The position numbers and the translations under genes are program-made. 64,000 nucleotides of DNA from the NCBI GenBank assembly GCA_905178155.1, contig CAJINV010000011.1, forward strand, positions 1,819,216 to 1,883,215, written 5' to 3'. This DNA is from Amoebophrya sp. A120. Its lineage: Eukaryota; Protista; Dinoflagellata. Below the pieces are notes generated by a model that did no database searches, was not told the origin of the DNA, and saw only the letters and a list, made by a program, of their open reading frames with translations. Positions 21,628 to 34,200 of this stretch are shown piece by piece (positions within the stretch are counted from its first letter, which is position 1; each line of letters opens with the position of its first letter).

Positions 21628-22121
21628 AACGAACGAAGATACTTCTACACCTTTTCTCACACTCAGTTTTCATTTTCCCCATTACCACCTCTCATGTATC
21701 TATTCTCGCCTGGTGTCAGTACTTCGAACATAGATTGAAAAACCGAAAAGAATGAAGATCTTGGATCTCCTCCTCGTGGTTTTTATTTACCACTGCTGCT
21801 TTTTTACCCTGTGGCTGCCTTGTTCGGACAGTGAAATGTTGCATCAGGAGCTTTCGTTTTTGTACGCAAGACGAAAGAGACGGAAAAACCAGATTTGTAA
21901 TGCGGAACGCCAAAAGTTGACAAACAGAGACTATTTTTCCACATGAACATAAAAAAGAGCTTGACTTTTGTGCCCGTTTAGTCGTGTTTCACCAATCTGT
22001 CATGGTAAATAAAAGGCGAAATAGAGTGTGGCTTGCTGCTGTGGCGCGTGTGGGCAGCAATGCAGATTAAAAATCTGTGATGCTGAAAGAGGAAAAGTTT
22101 GTTCTTTTTCCGAGGCCTGAT
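21628..22121. repeat. Terminal direct repeat (pseudo-LTR), 5' copy
   Basis: Near-identical copy of 15005-15498. Confidence 0.95.
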
Positions 22122-22635
22122 CAAGTGTGGTCACCGCTGTTGGTCTACGAGTACGACTACGATCGAAACAATAAAGAACATAGACACACACATAGCTAGG
22201 TGTCGAAGGCGTCTCCCACTGGGTGCATCACCCCCGCTCGCCTCTCGTCCTTTGTCAAAAGGTACGCAGAAACTCAAAGCCTCTTCAGCCCCGATAAACT
22301 CAAGCTCCATGGCCTATTGTTCACTCAAGAAGTTTCTTGTGGCAGCCATGTGACACAATACACAGAAACAACAACGAGGTCGCGCCGTGGCACAAACAGT
22401 CGCTGTACTGCTCGCGCCCCCCTACTCTTTGCTTTCATGCTCTCGAGTTTACATTACAATAAAAGGCAACGTCATCGGTAGATCTAGCAAGAATTCCTCG
22501 TATCAATTCCACCTTCTGCTTCAGATCTTGCAGCCGGCCCTCTCATGGTACCTACATCTTTGCTCACATGCGAAAGTGAAACCAAACACACACAAGAACA
22601 AGGCCGCTCAGCGTCGCGTTCTGTCCCCGGCAGTC

Positions 22636-24201
22636 ACCGCATTAAAAAACGGCTTGGTAGTATTCAATGACGCTTTGACATACGAACCGGGTGTGGCGGT
22701 TGTGGGCATCAACTTTGCGGTCTGCCAGACAAAGGGGCCGGCGCCGGCGCCTGGGCGCGGCGCGCCAAAATAAACATCGCGGACAGACACCTGGATAAAT
22801 TGGCGCGCATGATGTTCCAAGAGAGATGCGACAAAGACAGTGGCGCGCCCGCCACAGCGTGCTCCCTCGAGCTGGGCCAAAGGCAACACAAACACAGCGG
22901 ACTCCAAGATATCCGCCCCGGCCGCGCTCCATGCGGGCGGGCATTCATGCCGGCACACAAACCGAGCGGCTGCGTCCAGGCGCTCAGGCTTCCCCTCGTC
23001 TCCGCCACGAGAGCGCCGCGCTTACAGGCCACCACGGGCAGCAGGCTGGAATCCGGACAGCTTCGTCATGCAGCAACTCCAGCGCAAACGCGCCCCGCCT
23101 CGAGTCCAGCGCTTTCGCCTTAAAAACTGCCGTCGCTGAGAAAGCAACGCCCCACCCCGTCGACACAAGTAGCAGGCCGGAATCCACCGGGGAGAACTTC
23201 ACACCGTCGCAGACATCGGCGCGGCCCAGCGCGCGCCAGTTCGCATAGCGGCCGAAGCCTCATCCGCGACAGGCGCACCGCCCCGCCACGCGGACAAGTC
23301 CGCACGGTTCTGATTGGCAGCCGGCTGGACGTGGTTGCGCGGCGCACCATGTCGATCGTCGCCGTCATCGCCTTGCTGCTCAACATCTTCAGGAGCTAGT
23401 ATCAACCCGCCCCCCGCGGGCACCGCGGGGGCCGGTATCGAAAGAAAAGCACCATTGTGATCAAGGATATTCTGGCTATCACCACCTGAAGGCTGCATGT
23501 GTTGAAGCTTTGCTCGAGCATACATGGTGTTACCCAGTAAACAAAGGGTTGAAAAGAGGAAGGGTCTAATTCGGCAACAAGTACTTCCGCTCCTTCGACA
23601 TTTTTCCTCTGGACCACTCCCCGACATACAAATATGATAAACCACAATGTCAATGTCATGATATGTAATTCCGCACAATTCTGCTTTCTGCCTCAAATCT
23701 TGCAGCCGGCTCTCTCATGATACATTTTCGCTCGCATGCGAAACCAACAACACACGAGAAGTAAAAGACGGCTCAGTAAAAAGAAGCGTTCGAACATGAC
23801 ATCGCAATATGGTAGCCAGTCGTGCATCTTTTTCTCCCAATTCCTCTACGTCTGTGCTCTTCATAAGTAGGTGCGCGTCGGCACTGCGTCTTTTTCGGTC
23901 CAATAAACAAGAAATGCAACTGCCTGTGAGCATTGCCTCGTCGCGCAGAAGACATGATGACTCATGCTCGTCTTTTGCGTTTCTATCGCGCATCAAATAA
24001 GCGAAGCGCTGTTTTCGTGCAGGAGAAGGCGAAAAAAAAGCTATAAAGCTCTTTCTGTTCGCATATTATCTGCTGAAGTTGTAGTTGTTTCAATCTGAAC
24101 ATCGACCGCCGTTATTCCACCGCATTAAAAAACGGGTTGGTAGTATTCAGCGACGCTTTGAGCGACGAACCGGGTGTGGCGGTTGTGGGCATCAACTTTG
24201 C
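22636..24201. repeat. Local duplication remnants (83 bp at 22636-22718 and 24119-24201; a related stretch at ~22527 and ~23698)
   Basis: accgcattaaaaaacgg.ttggtagtattca...cgaaccgggtgtggcggttgtgggcatcaactttgc occurs twice; tcttgcagccggc.ctctcatg.tac occurs twice. Confidence 0.8.
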
Positions 24202-24500
24202 AGTCCCCCTTCCAGCCCCGCTTAACCCTCCCAAGCTGGCCGGCTGCCGTACAGGAGTTTGCAATTGCGAAGGAAGGGCTGGCGGCCGCAATTTTTGCTT
24301 CCCCGGCAGAGAGGTGCTGCTCCCAGACCGTGCGCCTGCTCCGCCCGGCAGTTCTGAAGCTAGCAGCTTCACTTGCTTTTGTAGTGACGAAACCTAGTGT
24401 GTGATTTTCGTTTGTAAAACAAGAGGACACAGGATGAACTACAATTATTCAGAAACGTACTATCGCGATCATCGCTGCTCCTGCGAGCTTCATATGCTGA

Positions 24501-26432
24501 TCATGACACTTGATCGTCGGGAAACATCTTCGCTAGCACCACACGACTAGATTTTACTTTTACCTGGTTCGTCAGCATCTGAATGTGCTCCTTCTGTTGT
24601 GCTTCTGTGTCCGCGCGCTGAGCCAAGGCATGATCCAGGTGACCCTTCACATCGGCGGCAAGGGCGTCTATTCGGGCGGCGAAACAGGACTCCACAACTT
24701 CCAAGCCGACGTCCATACGCTTCTTCGTCTCTGGCCGGTCTCGGAAGTACCGCTCGAGAACCTTGCAAAAGGGAGATTTGTTTTCTTTCAACATGCATCT
24801 TTTGTTTTTAGGGTGGCACACTCTCATTTTCATGTCAATGGCGAGATTCTGCTCCACTTCATGGGAAAAAAATTCAATCTACTGTATTCTGTAGTACGTG
24901 ATGCGCCTCCACGTCGGATAACGATAATAGCCGCTGGTAGCAAATCACCATGGCTCGCGTTGGATTGGAACCTTTGTTTGATATTTGTATTTCGATTAAG
25001 TATGTTAATACTATATTGTCTTTATGTTTCCTTCTTTTCTGTTTCACACACGAGCACGCCACGCTCCGGATTATCACAGCAAAGACGTTCTAGTACCCAA
25101 TGCTGTATCCCGAAATGGTGATCCCGGATTTTGGCTCGGCGTTTTTGGTCTCCTCTCAGGACTGAAATCGCCCCGAAACACTGGGTGCATGAAGGGCGTC
25201 GTTGCTTGTTGCGCCCCGGCCGGCGGCTGCAAATGCGGCGCTGCAGAAGACATGGCGGCAGACGGCAGACCAGCACCAAAGTTTTGGTTATGCAGCGGAG
25301 GTTGGTTGGGCACCATATAAAACCCTGTTTCCCGCGAAGACGCTGCGGCTCGCTGTGCGGCTGAAGCGCGTGTTGCTGTGCCACCTGGTGGAAGATCTTT
25401 GTTTCCGCCGGTGAAACTTCCCGCATTGTTTCCGTTTACCGAATCAAAAACCTGGGCCTGAAAAATTCCGCTGGAGGGGGGAGGCTGAAAATTTTGGAAA
25501 CTGGCGGCTGCGCCCGACGGCAGCCTCTGTCCGCGGGCGTCGAGGTGGAATTGCGATTGCGATAGTCCCTGCTGCTGGTCCAAAAATATTTGCGCGTACT
25601 GTGGCTGAAAGTCCTGCGACGTGTACACGCTCGCCGCATCTCCTGGTGGTATCGCATCTCCGCGACTCGCCATGTGCCGCATTAGCGGAGGCCCGCGCGG
25701 GTTTATTACCGCATGTTGTTGCCCTTCAGTTACGCCGCCGGGCGGCTGGACCTGCCCAGAGGACGACATGTCCGCGGCGTGTTGTGCTGGCGCACCCGCA
25801 GCGAAATACGCCGGCTGCGGGGGAGCTTGGTCAGCAGCCGAAACACCGCTTGGCTTCCTGCCACGGAATGACATTCGCTGTGTACTGCTGCTCGAACTAC
25901 TATCCTGCTCTTGTCGATGCGAAGAGCCAGCTTCATCCGGCATCTGTGCGTGCGCCCCTCCGGACGGCGGCATGGGAATCGCAGCGCCGGGAACACCTGC
26001 GCCAGCGGTCGCATTGAAGGAACCTCCTTGGGGCAGGGGTATCGCCGTTGAGGCCGCACTGGCAGTGGCGGCCATCGGAGCTGCACTGGCCGACGGTGGC
26101 ATCGGAATCGCAGATGAGGAGCTTGCGGCGGCAGGCCCGGAATCAGAAGGTGCCGACGCCGAGGCCGTCGTGGTACCGGCAGCGGTGTTCGCAGGAGCTG
26201 TTGGCGGGGGTGGCATCGGAATTGGCGTGGACGATATCACGTCTTTCTCCACATCATCCTCATTGTTGTCTCCGCCGGACCCTCCAGACTTCGATCTTCG
26301 TGCCGCGCGCTGTCTCCGAGACGCCGACGCGGACACCTCCTGCTCGCCATCGCTTGTTTCCCAGAGCAAACCGCTCGCGCCGCCCCAGAAGGAACCTCCA
26401 GACGCTTGTTCAGGGCTACCTGACCCTGACAT
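24501..26432 (-). CDS. Hypothetical Ala/Ser/Pro-rich protein (452-aa ORF plus probable downstream exon 24501-~24860)
   Basis: Long ATG-initiated low-complexity ORF with repeated AIPMPP; a coding-like ORF follows after an AT-rich intron-like gap. Confidence 0.55.
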
Positions 26433-26902
26433 CCTATTTCCGAAATCTTAGTAGCTACTTACCCGAGCTTCGAACCCTTTCAAAAGGTGGCGGTTCTTCA
26501 GGCTATCTATCCCTTATAGTTCTCTAGATGCTGACGTTTCTTCAATCGCAATCAAGGCCTACCGGAGATTCATTGTGCCTCGATTCTGCAAGCAGCTTTG
26601 TAAAATAGAACTTCTCTCTGCTCTCAGTACTTACGCTTGGGTAATCACGCGACGGAGGATGTAAGTAGGTGATCTCGATATGTAGTCCCATTGAACACCT
26701 ACCGGAATCGCAAACTGTTGTCGCATTTCTAGCAACAAAACTGAACGCCGAAGAAATATTGAACCAGAAGTCGCCATGAGCATCGTGCTGCGCGGGTCGC
26801 ACAAGTACGCTACTTACGCTCGTCGGCGCACACATCAACGCAGCACTGTCGCATAGCTGATCCGAAACTGTTCATCGTGGTCAACATTAGTGCAGAAAAA
26901 AA

Positions 26903-28643
26903 TCAATTGCAGCCCCACCTTGGTCGTGCGGGTCGCGCCAAATGTTCCCGGACAAACAGTCCCTTTCTGTTGCGACCGCACACGCGCAGGTTGGTCACCG
27001 TATCGCCAACCTGGTAGGCTTCGAATCCCTTGTGCGCTATTGCGTTGAGGCCGTTGCAGGAAAAATGCGTCTCCCCCTCGGGGTATGCATTGCAAATGCG
27101 TCATGGTCTGGAAGGATTCTGATTTGCATTGCACACGCGCTCACGGCATGACAAATCACGCGGAGGGTTTTTCTTTTTTTTATGCCTAGTGTGCATGAGA
27201 AACAAATACCCTGAAAACCAAAATCGGACATCCTAACCTTTGCTTGACTGCGCAAGACAGATTTTTGCCTGGAGCAGAATCCCCATCACAAGTAGTTGCA
27301 ACAAACCTTCCAGAGCCAGACATATTTGCAATGCATACAGGTGTCCGGTTTGTAACGAATCCGTCGACATAAACGGTGCGCTCGTCTTCATCAGGTGTTG
27401 TCTCATCTAGATTTTGACTCGCCTCGTCAGACGCTTGACTGTGATTCTGCAACAGTCCATCGCTCTCCCGTGAGGCCCTTGAGAGGTGAGGATGTACCGC
27501 CGTCGCGACTGTCTGTTGACCTTCCGCGCGCGCGGAAGAGCAGCACCTCTGCCCGTGCTTATCTACGAGGTCTGCCGGCCTTGACGACGCGAACAGCTCC
27601 CGATTGAGCTCTGCGTATGGCAAGTAACGCTGCTGGGTCCGCCGAGCGACGAATTCTCCGGTCGGGTCCCGAAGCATCCGTCGTAAAGCTGCAGCAAGGT
27701 GGGGGAGCACCAAACTTCCCTCTGCCGCGTAGTGAAGAGCGTCTTGCGAGAGCGGTCTGTGCTCCCATACGGAGTTATACAGGTTTTTGTTTTTGGTGTG
27801 TAATGTTGGCTTGTCCTGCTGTGCCTGTGGTCGTCCATAGCTTTCTTCGTCATCATCATTCACCCCGTCGCCCTGCTCATCGTGTAGCTGGTTCTCTGAA
27901 GTAGATGCGGTGAATGCTGCAGCGTAGCTCGATGAGAAGCTACCATGCAACCGCTGCCCCGCCCGTTCCACCGCGTCCCAGCGGCGCTCTTTGTACAGGC
28001 CTGGGAGAAAGATTCTTAACAGCTCCGGCAGAGACGCCAGGTATTTCGTACTGCCTTTGCGCTCCAAGTGGGCCAGGTGCGCAACTTGGGTGTCGAAGGC
28101 GTTTTGCAGTTTGATATCGTAAAGTGCCCGCAAAAACGCGGCGTCCTCGCGACAATCGTGGAAAATTTTGCGGACGTCTGTGCGCTCTTGGAAAAAAGTT
28201 CGCAATGTTGCTCGAGTTGCATCTTCCTCCAGTAAAGGGCTTGAGAAAGCGCTGCTCTCCGGCGACGACAGAGTTTGCGTTGTCCCTCGTGCCGCTTTTG
28301 TCTTTAAGGCTCTTGAAGCACCACTGTTCCTGTTGCACTCAAGTAAATCCACGAGAGCGAGTTGCTGCAGCGCCGGCGAGTAAATTTGAAGTAAACTGGG
28401 TTTCCCAAAGCGCCCCAAATGTCCCTCAAGATCCACTCCAACCTCGGTCCGCGACGGAATTTCGCTGACGAAGTTCTGAAGCTGCTCTGGCAGGGTCAGG
28501 TACAGAAGGGTGGTTCCCCGTGGTTTACTTCTTGCTGCTCGAGCAGCGGCAACTGCTGCACCGGTCCAGAGCGACGCAGCGCGCGATGACATATGCGGCT
28601 TGACGTCGGCTGATATTTGTTGATGGTGACCGGGGGTGGTCAC
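26903..28643 (-). CDS. DEDDy 3'-5' exonuclease (EXD1/egalitarian-like)
   Basis: ExoI VGVDLEG...LLQI; ExoII KIFHDCREDA...FDTQVAH; ExoIII-like WEHRPLSQDALHYAAE. The last exon (PEGETHFSCN...WGCN*) joins in frame after removing the introner at 27084-27337. Start uncertain. Confidence 0.85.
27084..27337. mobile_element. TIR introner in exonuclease gene
   Basis: tatgcattgcaaatgcgtcatggtctggaagg ... ccttccagagccagacatatttgcaatgcata; eroded TSD cgggg/caggt; removal gives NRTPEGETH. Confidence 0.85.
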
Positions 28644-29215
28644 GTTCAGTCGTTCTTCATTCTTCTATTTCATCCTGCACAGGGACACGGAGTGGGTAGA
28701 TGTACACACTTGAAGAAATCGACGCAATGAGGAATGAATATATATCATCACAACTAAGGCAGATCTCCAGCTGCGCAAATTTTTGCGCAGAAGCACGCAG
28801 ACACATGTTCCTTCTGCATTGCGCGCGAAAGCGAGACCGAAATCTGTTGCGCTTAACTATAAATATGTGCGCCAAACCGCATCCTCGTCTTGCTCGCGCG
28901 ACGAAAAACGCGTGTCTTGCGCGCGACATCATCTGCACCTGCCAGCCAGTTTATGCGCACATCGACATCTTCACTATCACGCTTCATCTATCACTATCAT
29001 CGTCATCTGTATCGGAACACCACAAGGAGCTGGCACACGAGTCCGGATAAATGTGACCAAGGCCGCTGAGCTCCGTAGCAGCACAGCCGGTATTAATGTA
29101 GTGCGTGTTGTACCTCAACGTATGAATAAGTACAAGTCGCTGTCGCTCGTTAGATTTGAAAAATAGAAGAATTTTCTGGAGTCGAGTATTATTTTCGTTT
29201 TTCTGTACACAGCAG

Positions 29216-30013
29216 CTATATCTTGCCCATCCGGACAAGCTGGTCAAACCCCGTAAAGACCAGTCCTCCAGCTAGACTGTATCGGCCCATCTGCGCCCAG
29301 CTTCCCGCGGTGCTCTTGTACAGCGCGCCGGAGAAAAGTCCGGCCACCGGGGCGTTAAACTGGTCGTCTTCGCCTCGTATCCACCCGAGCAACTGATTGC
29401 TCACGCAGTAGTACAAAGTCATGATGGCCCCTTGGTTCGCCACCAGGGCACCTGGAAATCATTTGTGTCGTATGGTTGGAGGTTAAATGGAAAAAGAAAA
29501 CGTTTTGCGCGACTACGAGATACTTACGGGTCAGAATATACCAAACTGATCTTATTCAAAATTTGTTGTCAAAAACGCATCAAGGAGTACGTACCTCTGC
29601 TACTGACGCCGTTCATCACGCTGTTGAGAAAGAGTTTTGGCGTTGCTCCTCCTTTTCTCATGCCCAACAAAGAGCCGTAGAAACCGCCCGTAAGCATTCC
29701 GATACCGTAGCACAGGCCTACACTATACGTGATTTTCTCGCCCCATTGCCTTCCATAGCCTTCGAGATACCTGATAAATATTCAAAATTTGCTTGACCAT
29801 CATGTAGAAGCGATTGGGGTCGATGTAATAGTGACTTCTACCGCATCCGTAAGGGTCACATGCTCTTGTCAACGCCAAAGAGCTATCAGGTAAGTACAGG
29901 TCGTCCTTCTTGTTTTGCGGTCGCGCTACCGGTGCTCGCTTCTCCAATAAAATGCTCGGTGATCCTGCCCCACCGGTGGAGAGGTAGTCATCATCTGTGG
30001 CGGCGCCGATCAT
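29216..30013 (-). CDS. TIM23: Mitochondrial inner-membrane translocase, Tim17/Tim22/Tim23 family (Tim23-like), 3 exons
   Basis: Spliced ...YGRQWGEKITYSVGLCYGIGMLTGGFYG...LFLNSVMNGVSSRGALVANQGA...RGEDDQFNAPVAGLFSGALYKST; GT-AG introns at ~29771-29897 and ~29452-29594. Confidence 0.85.
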
Positions 30014-31259
30014 GTTTATTGTCGTGCCGGACGAAAATACGAGTGCGAGTGGAATCCTTCTTGTGCACCAAAATCACAAGAGCCGCTGCAGCGCAAGATG
30101 CCACAGCTCAGTCTGCGACAACAGTCTTCACGATCTTCGTGAGGACAAAGACATTGTTATATTGATTCGGTATGGGTGCTAATAGTCCTGGGAAGATATT
30201 TTTTTGCCTAGTAGGTTTTAAGAGTGGAATCCGGACCTACGAGCGCAAGCGCATGTACAAAACGAAACTTACCAAAATTGTTCGTCCTCTATAACTAAGT
30301 TTGCTAGGCCGTAAAGCATCTGTTTCAACCTCAAGCAACATGAGAAAATGAGAGTGACTGAAAAAACGGCAGCTTCACTAAATCTAAAGTCAAAGCATAA
30401 GCAACCTGCCATGATGTCACATAAGAGAAACAATGGACGACGCTTTGTTATTCAGCCGAAGGCACATCATCGAAATGATGAGTAACTATAGAGTTTGATG
30501 AAAATCATCTGTTTCTGTGCCACAAAACGTGACAATTACAACTCCTACCGTACTTAGACTTACACGGCACCGCAAATAAATATTCATCTCGGATTAGACA
30601 TGATCGTCGATTGGGATCATCTAGATTGATCTTCTTCTTCATGTCGTCACAACCGTCGCATGTGTTAGCCCCGCATCTTCGGCTTCTTTCCCAGAAGTCT
30701 ATTACCTAGTACTTTACACTACAGGTGGTATTAGTGACGCAAATCGCATGCAACATGCCGCAACTCCATCTTGATCGGGATCTCACTTCGCTGCAACCGC
30801 AAATAAAGGAAAAATAGAAAGGCGAAAGCGGCCCTTACTGAAAAGAGAGCTATATCTTCATCACACACTAACACTATGTATGAGCAATAAAGGAAAAAAT
30901 AAAAAATTGAAGTATATCTGAAGTCCTAATAATCATGCACATTTCTGTAAAAAAAAATCTGATACATAGGAATCTGACGACCGTACGTAACTGCGTCATG
31001 TACAACTACCTACGTGCCCGGCGATCGGTAATACTAGGCACAAACGCGAAGTAGAAAACAGAAAATCAACCATCCATGACCCATCAAATACCGGAGAGAG
31101 GCCGAGAAGAAGAGACTGCCACCACTGCCTGCGCAACTAGTGAAAAAAAGTGATCCATTTGCGTAGCTGCGGGAGCAAAGGCTCCACTTTCATTGGTACG
31201 CCTAGACACTTTATTTAAGACGCGGACAAAGACAAAACACGCGAGCTTGTGCCCCCACT

Positions 31260-34200
31260 TCCGTGCTGAGAGGTTGCATCTCATGAGGCTGAGGACACTC
31301 GTCGAACTCTCCTCAAATTGATTGATTCTCACCTGAGCAAGTGGCGCCATTTTGTTTCCGAACCACAAACACACGCCTAGGGAGAGGAGCTGCCCTCCCT
31401 ATCCAAATTATAGGCGCGGGCGGCAATGAAATTATCGGCAAGCGGCAACAGGGCCAACCAGCCAAAAGGTGGGCATGCAGACTCGATCGCCGGCTGCGCC
31501 ATGTCGGGTGCGCCGCTTCCTCGCGCACAGGGGCCTGCCCGACTGCGAGCGCCGACGGAGAAGCTCTGGGCCCTCCGCCTGCGGTAGTACACTGACGCGC
31601 GCGCCCTCCGCCTCCCGCGCGTGTGGCATAGCGCAGAACACGCGCCAAAGGAAGAAACCAAAGCTCGGGGCCAATAGAATACATCTGGCCGTCAGCAGCC
31701 CAAGGAGAAACCCCGGGCATACCAAATGCCGCACGCCCACGCGCCGACCGACGATTTGCAGAAGGACGGCCCGCATGCGCCTGCGCGGGCGCCCAGAGAA
31801 CCCACAGAAGCCATCCACGGCGCGCCCCCCGGTGGGGGCCTCAACAGTCCCGCAGGCGACTGGAGGCCCCGCAGTCTGTCGGCAAGGCCTGACTTTCGGC
31901 AATCTTGCTGCTGCAGTATGCGACTCCGGGCGTCGAGTCGTGCTTGACTTTCAATCTGCCGGCAGCACACCAGCCACAGGCGATTCACGAGTTGCGCTGG
32001 AACCACGCTAACTCGGCGCAGCTCCTTATACGCGGAGCCTTGTACGCGGCGCACCCACTGCGCCGGGATGCGTGCAGCATGGGGCTCGTCATCTGGCGGA
32101 CCAACTTGCCTGCCTCCTTCTGAGCTCCTTCAGCTTGCGCGCATTCGTTGCAGACTTCTCACAAAGAATAAATGCTGACGATTTATATACTCTGGACGAG
32201 AACAAGGAGTATTCATTGCCAAACACCAGGACGAGAACAAGGCTCAAGGTCTCTCACAAAATCTGAATCAACCAACGCACCTTTGGGTGCGGTCGCTCTC
32301 ACAAAAGAAAACTCCGATCTCTCATGATGATCATCATCATCATCATTTTACTCTCCCTCACAAGTTAAAACCCAAATTCCACTGGGCGCCCGCGGTGGCG
32401 TGGCTCTGGACCAAAATGCAGCATCTCTGCTGAGTGCGGAACCAACGAACAACGCGCATGAGTATAGTAGGACTGGGTTTGGCTTCTACATGAGTTCCTT
32501 ACTAGCGTGAGCAGGATTGCCAAGGCTTTTCTATTACTCTTTCGCGAACGAGTGTTTGCCAAGCTCTGTAGCGTCGTACTCCCATACAGAAGTCCAAATC
32601 TAAGCAGCAAAGCCAACTGTTGTGCTTGGTATCATTTATTTTTGAAATTTCTATTTTTTCGTATGTCTACCTTGTCATGATGCCCACACGATTGGAGCAG
32701 CATCCCGCTCAGCATCTCCGGTTGGTTATTGTAGGACGAAACCAGAGTAATTTCTCGTCACCGTGCAGCCGCGCGACCGTCCCTCAGATTGATTCTCAGC
32801 TGAACAAATAACGCCATTTGTATGCTTTCGAAGCACAAAAAAACACGCGTCTAGGGTGAGGGGCTACTCTCCCAACCCGGCGGGCGCGGGCGGCAATGAA
32901 ATTACAAGCAAGCGGCAACAGGGCCAGCCAACCGTAGGGCGGCCAAGCAAACTCGATCGCCGGCTGCGCCATGTCGGGCGCGCCGCTTTCTCGCGCGCAG
33001 GGGCGTGCCCGCCTGCGGGCGCCGATAAAGAAGCGCCGGGCCCTCCACCGGCAGTACACTAACGCGCGCGCCTTCCCGTGCGGGCGGCGGGCATAACGCA
33101 GGACACGCCCGCGCCAGAGAAAGAAGCCAAGCCACACCCGGGGCCACGGCACAAAATACATCTGGCCGCCAGCGGCCTAAGGAAGGAGACGCCCGGGGCA
33201 TACCAAATGGCGCGCGCCCGCGCGCCGATGAATGTATGACTTACAGGCGGACGGCCCGCATGCGCCTGCGCGGGCGCCCAGTTGTCCTCTCCTGGCTATC
33301 CTGCCTCGTTCTCCTCGTGCTTGTTGTCCTTGGCGAGGGTGAGGAGGGAAGCGCTTCGCGTCTCGCTGCTAACCGAACTAACAACATTTCCCGCTGGCTG
33401 CGTTCGAGGTTGGCGATGTGTGACATTGCCTGGAGCATGAGAGAGACGCAAGAGATCCAAAGACGGCATTGACACGACAGTGAGAATACTTCTATGCACA
33501 AAATTAATACGGAAAGATCGCTAGTGCGCCATTACTTCGCATTCCAGCCTGTGCTTTCACTCCCTTGCTGAGAAATTCCATTTCATGAGCCTGAAGAGGA
33601 CACTTGTCAAACTCTCTCTCTCCTCAAGTTCTCCGCTGAGCAGTTTGTTCTCGAACCACACACAAGCAACGTTCAGGGAGAGGAGCTACCATCCCTACCC
33701 GGTGGCCGCGGCCGGGCAAGAACAGTGAGGAAAATTATAGATACGCACGTCGGCAACCCATAACGATTCGGCCTAGCTAGCCGTGGAGTGGGCAAGGGCG
33801 ATCGCTGGCTGCGCCATGTCGGGCGCGCCGCTTCCTCGCGCACAGGGACCTGCCCGTCTGCGACCGACGAGAACAAGCACCGGGCCCCCCGCTGGGCAAT
33901 ACACTCAACCGCGCCGGCGGCATGGCCCAAAGCGCACACCAAAAAACAGGTAGGATTGCTACTCGGGGCCAATATCTGGTATACATCAGCCCGCGGCCCA
34001 CAGGGGGCCCACCAAGCGCAAGGGCGCGCATTTGCGTAAGAGGACTGCCCACAAGAAGCATTGGCCGAGCGAAGGCCGGGCCGCGCAACCAACCGGGGGC
34101 CCGCCGGCCGGCCTCGATATCCGGCGCGGCCTCAAATCTTGCCAGGGAGCTGCGCGGGCTTCTGCGTTTCGACAAACGTGGCCTGGTCGCCAATCATCTG

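Larger units (their letters stand above)
15005..22121 (-). mobile_element. Penelope-like retroelement (N-terminal GIY-YIG, Naiad/Chlamys-like domain order) with two ORFs and long terminal direct repeats
   Basis: Two long uninterrupted ORFs lie between 494-bp direct repeats. ORF2 carries GIY-YIG and PLE-type RT motifs. tgatcaa occurs at both outer junctions (15000-15006 and 22118-22124). Confidence 0.88.

Noticed and set aside
15005-22121. True LTR retrotransposon (Ty3/Copia) or DIRS element
   Set aside because: The repeats lack TG...CA ends. No protease, RNase H, integrase or tyrosine recombinase motifs were seen, and the RT motifs are Penelope-like.
33585-33620. Hammerhead-like ctgaaga-ggac-actt-gtc-aaa in the dispersed repeat
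   Set aside because: It lacks the required GAAA after stem II, and the core is not conserved in the other copies.
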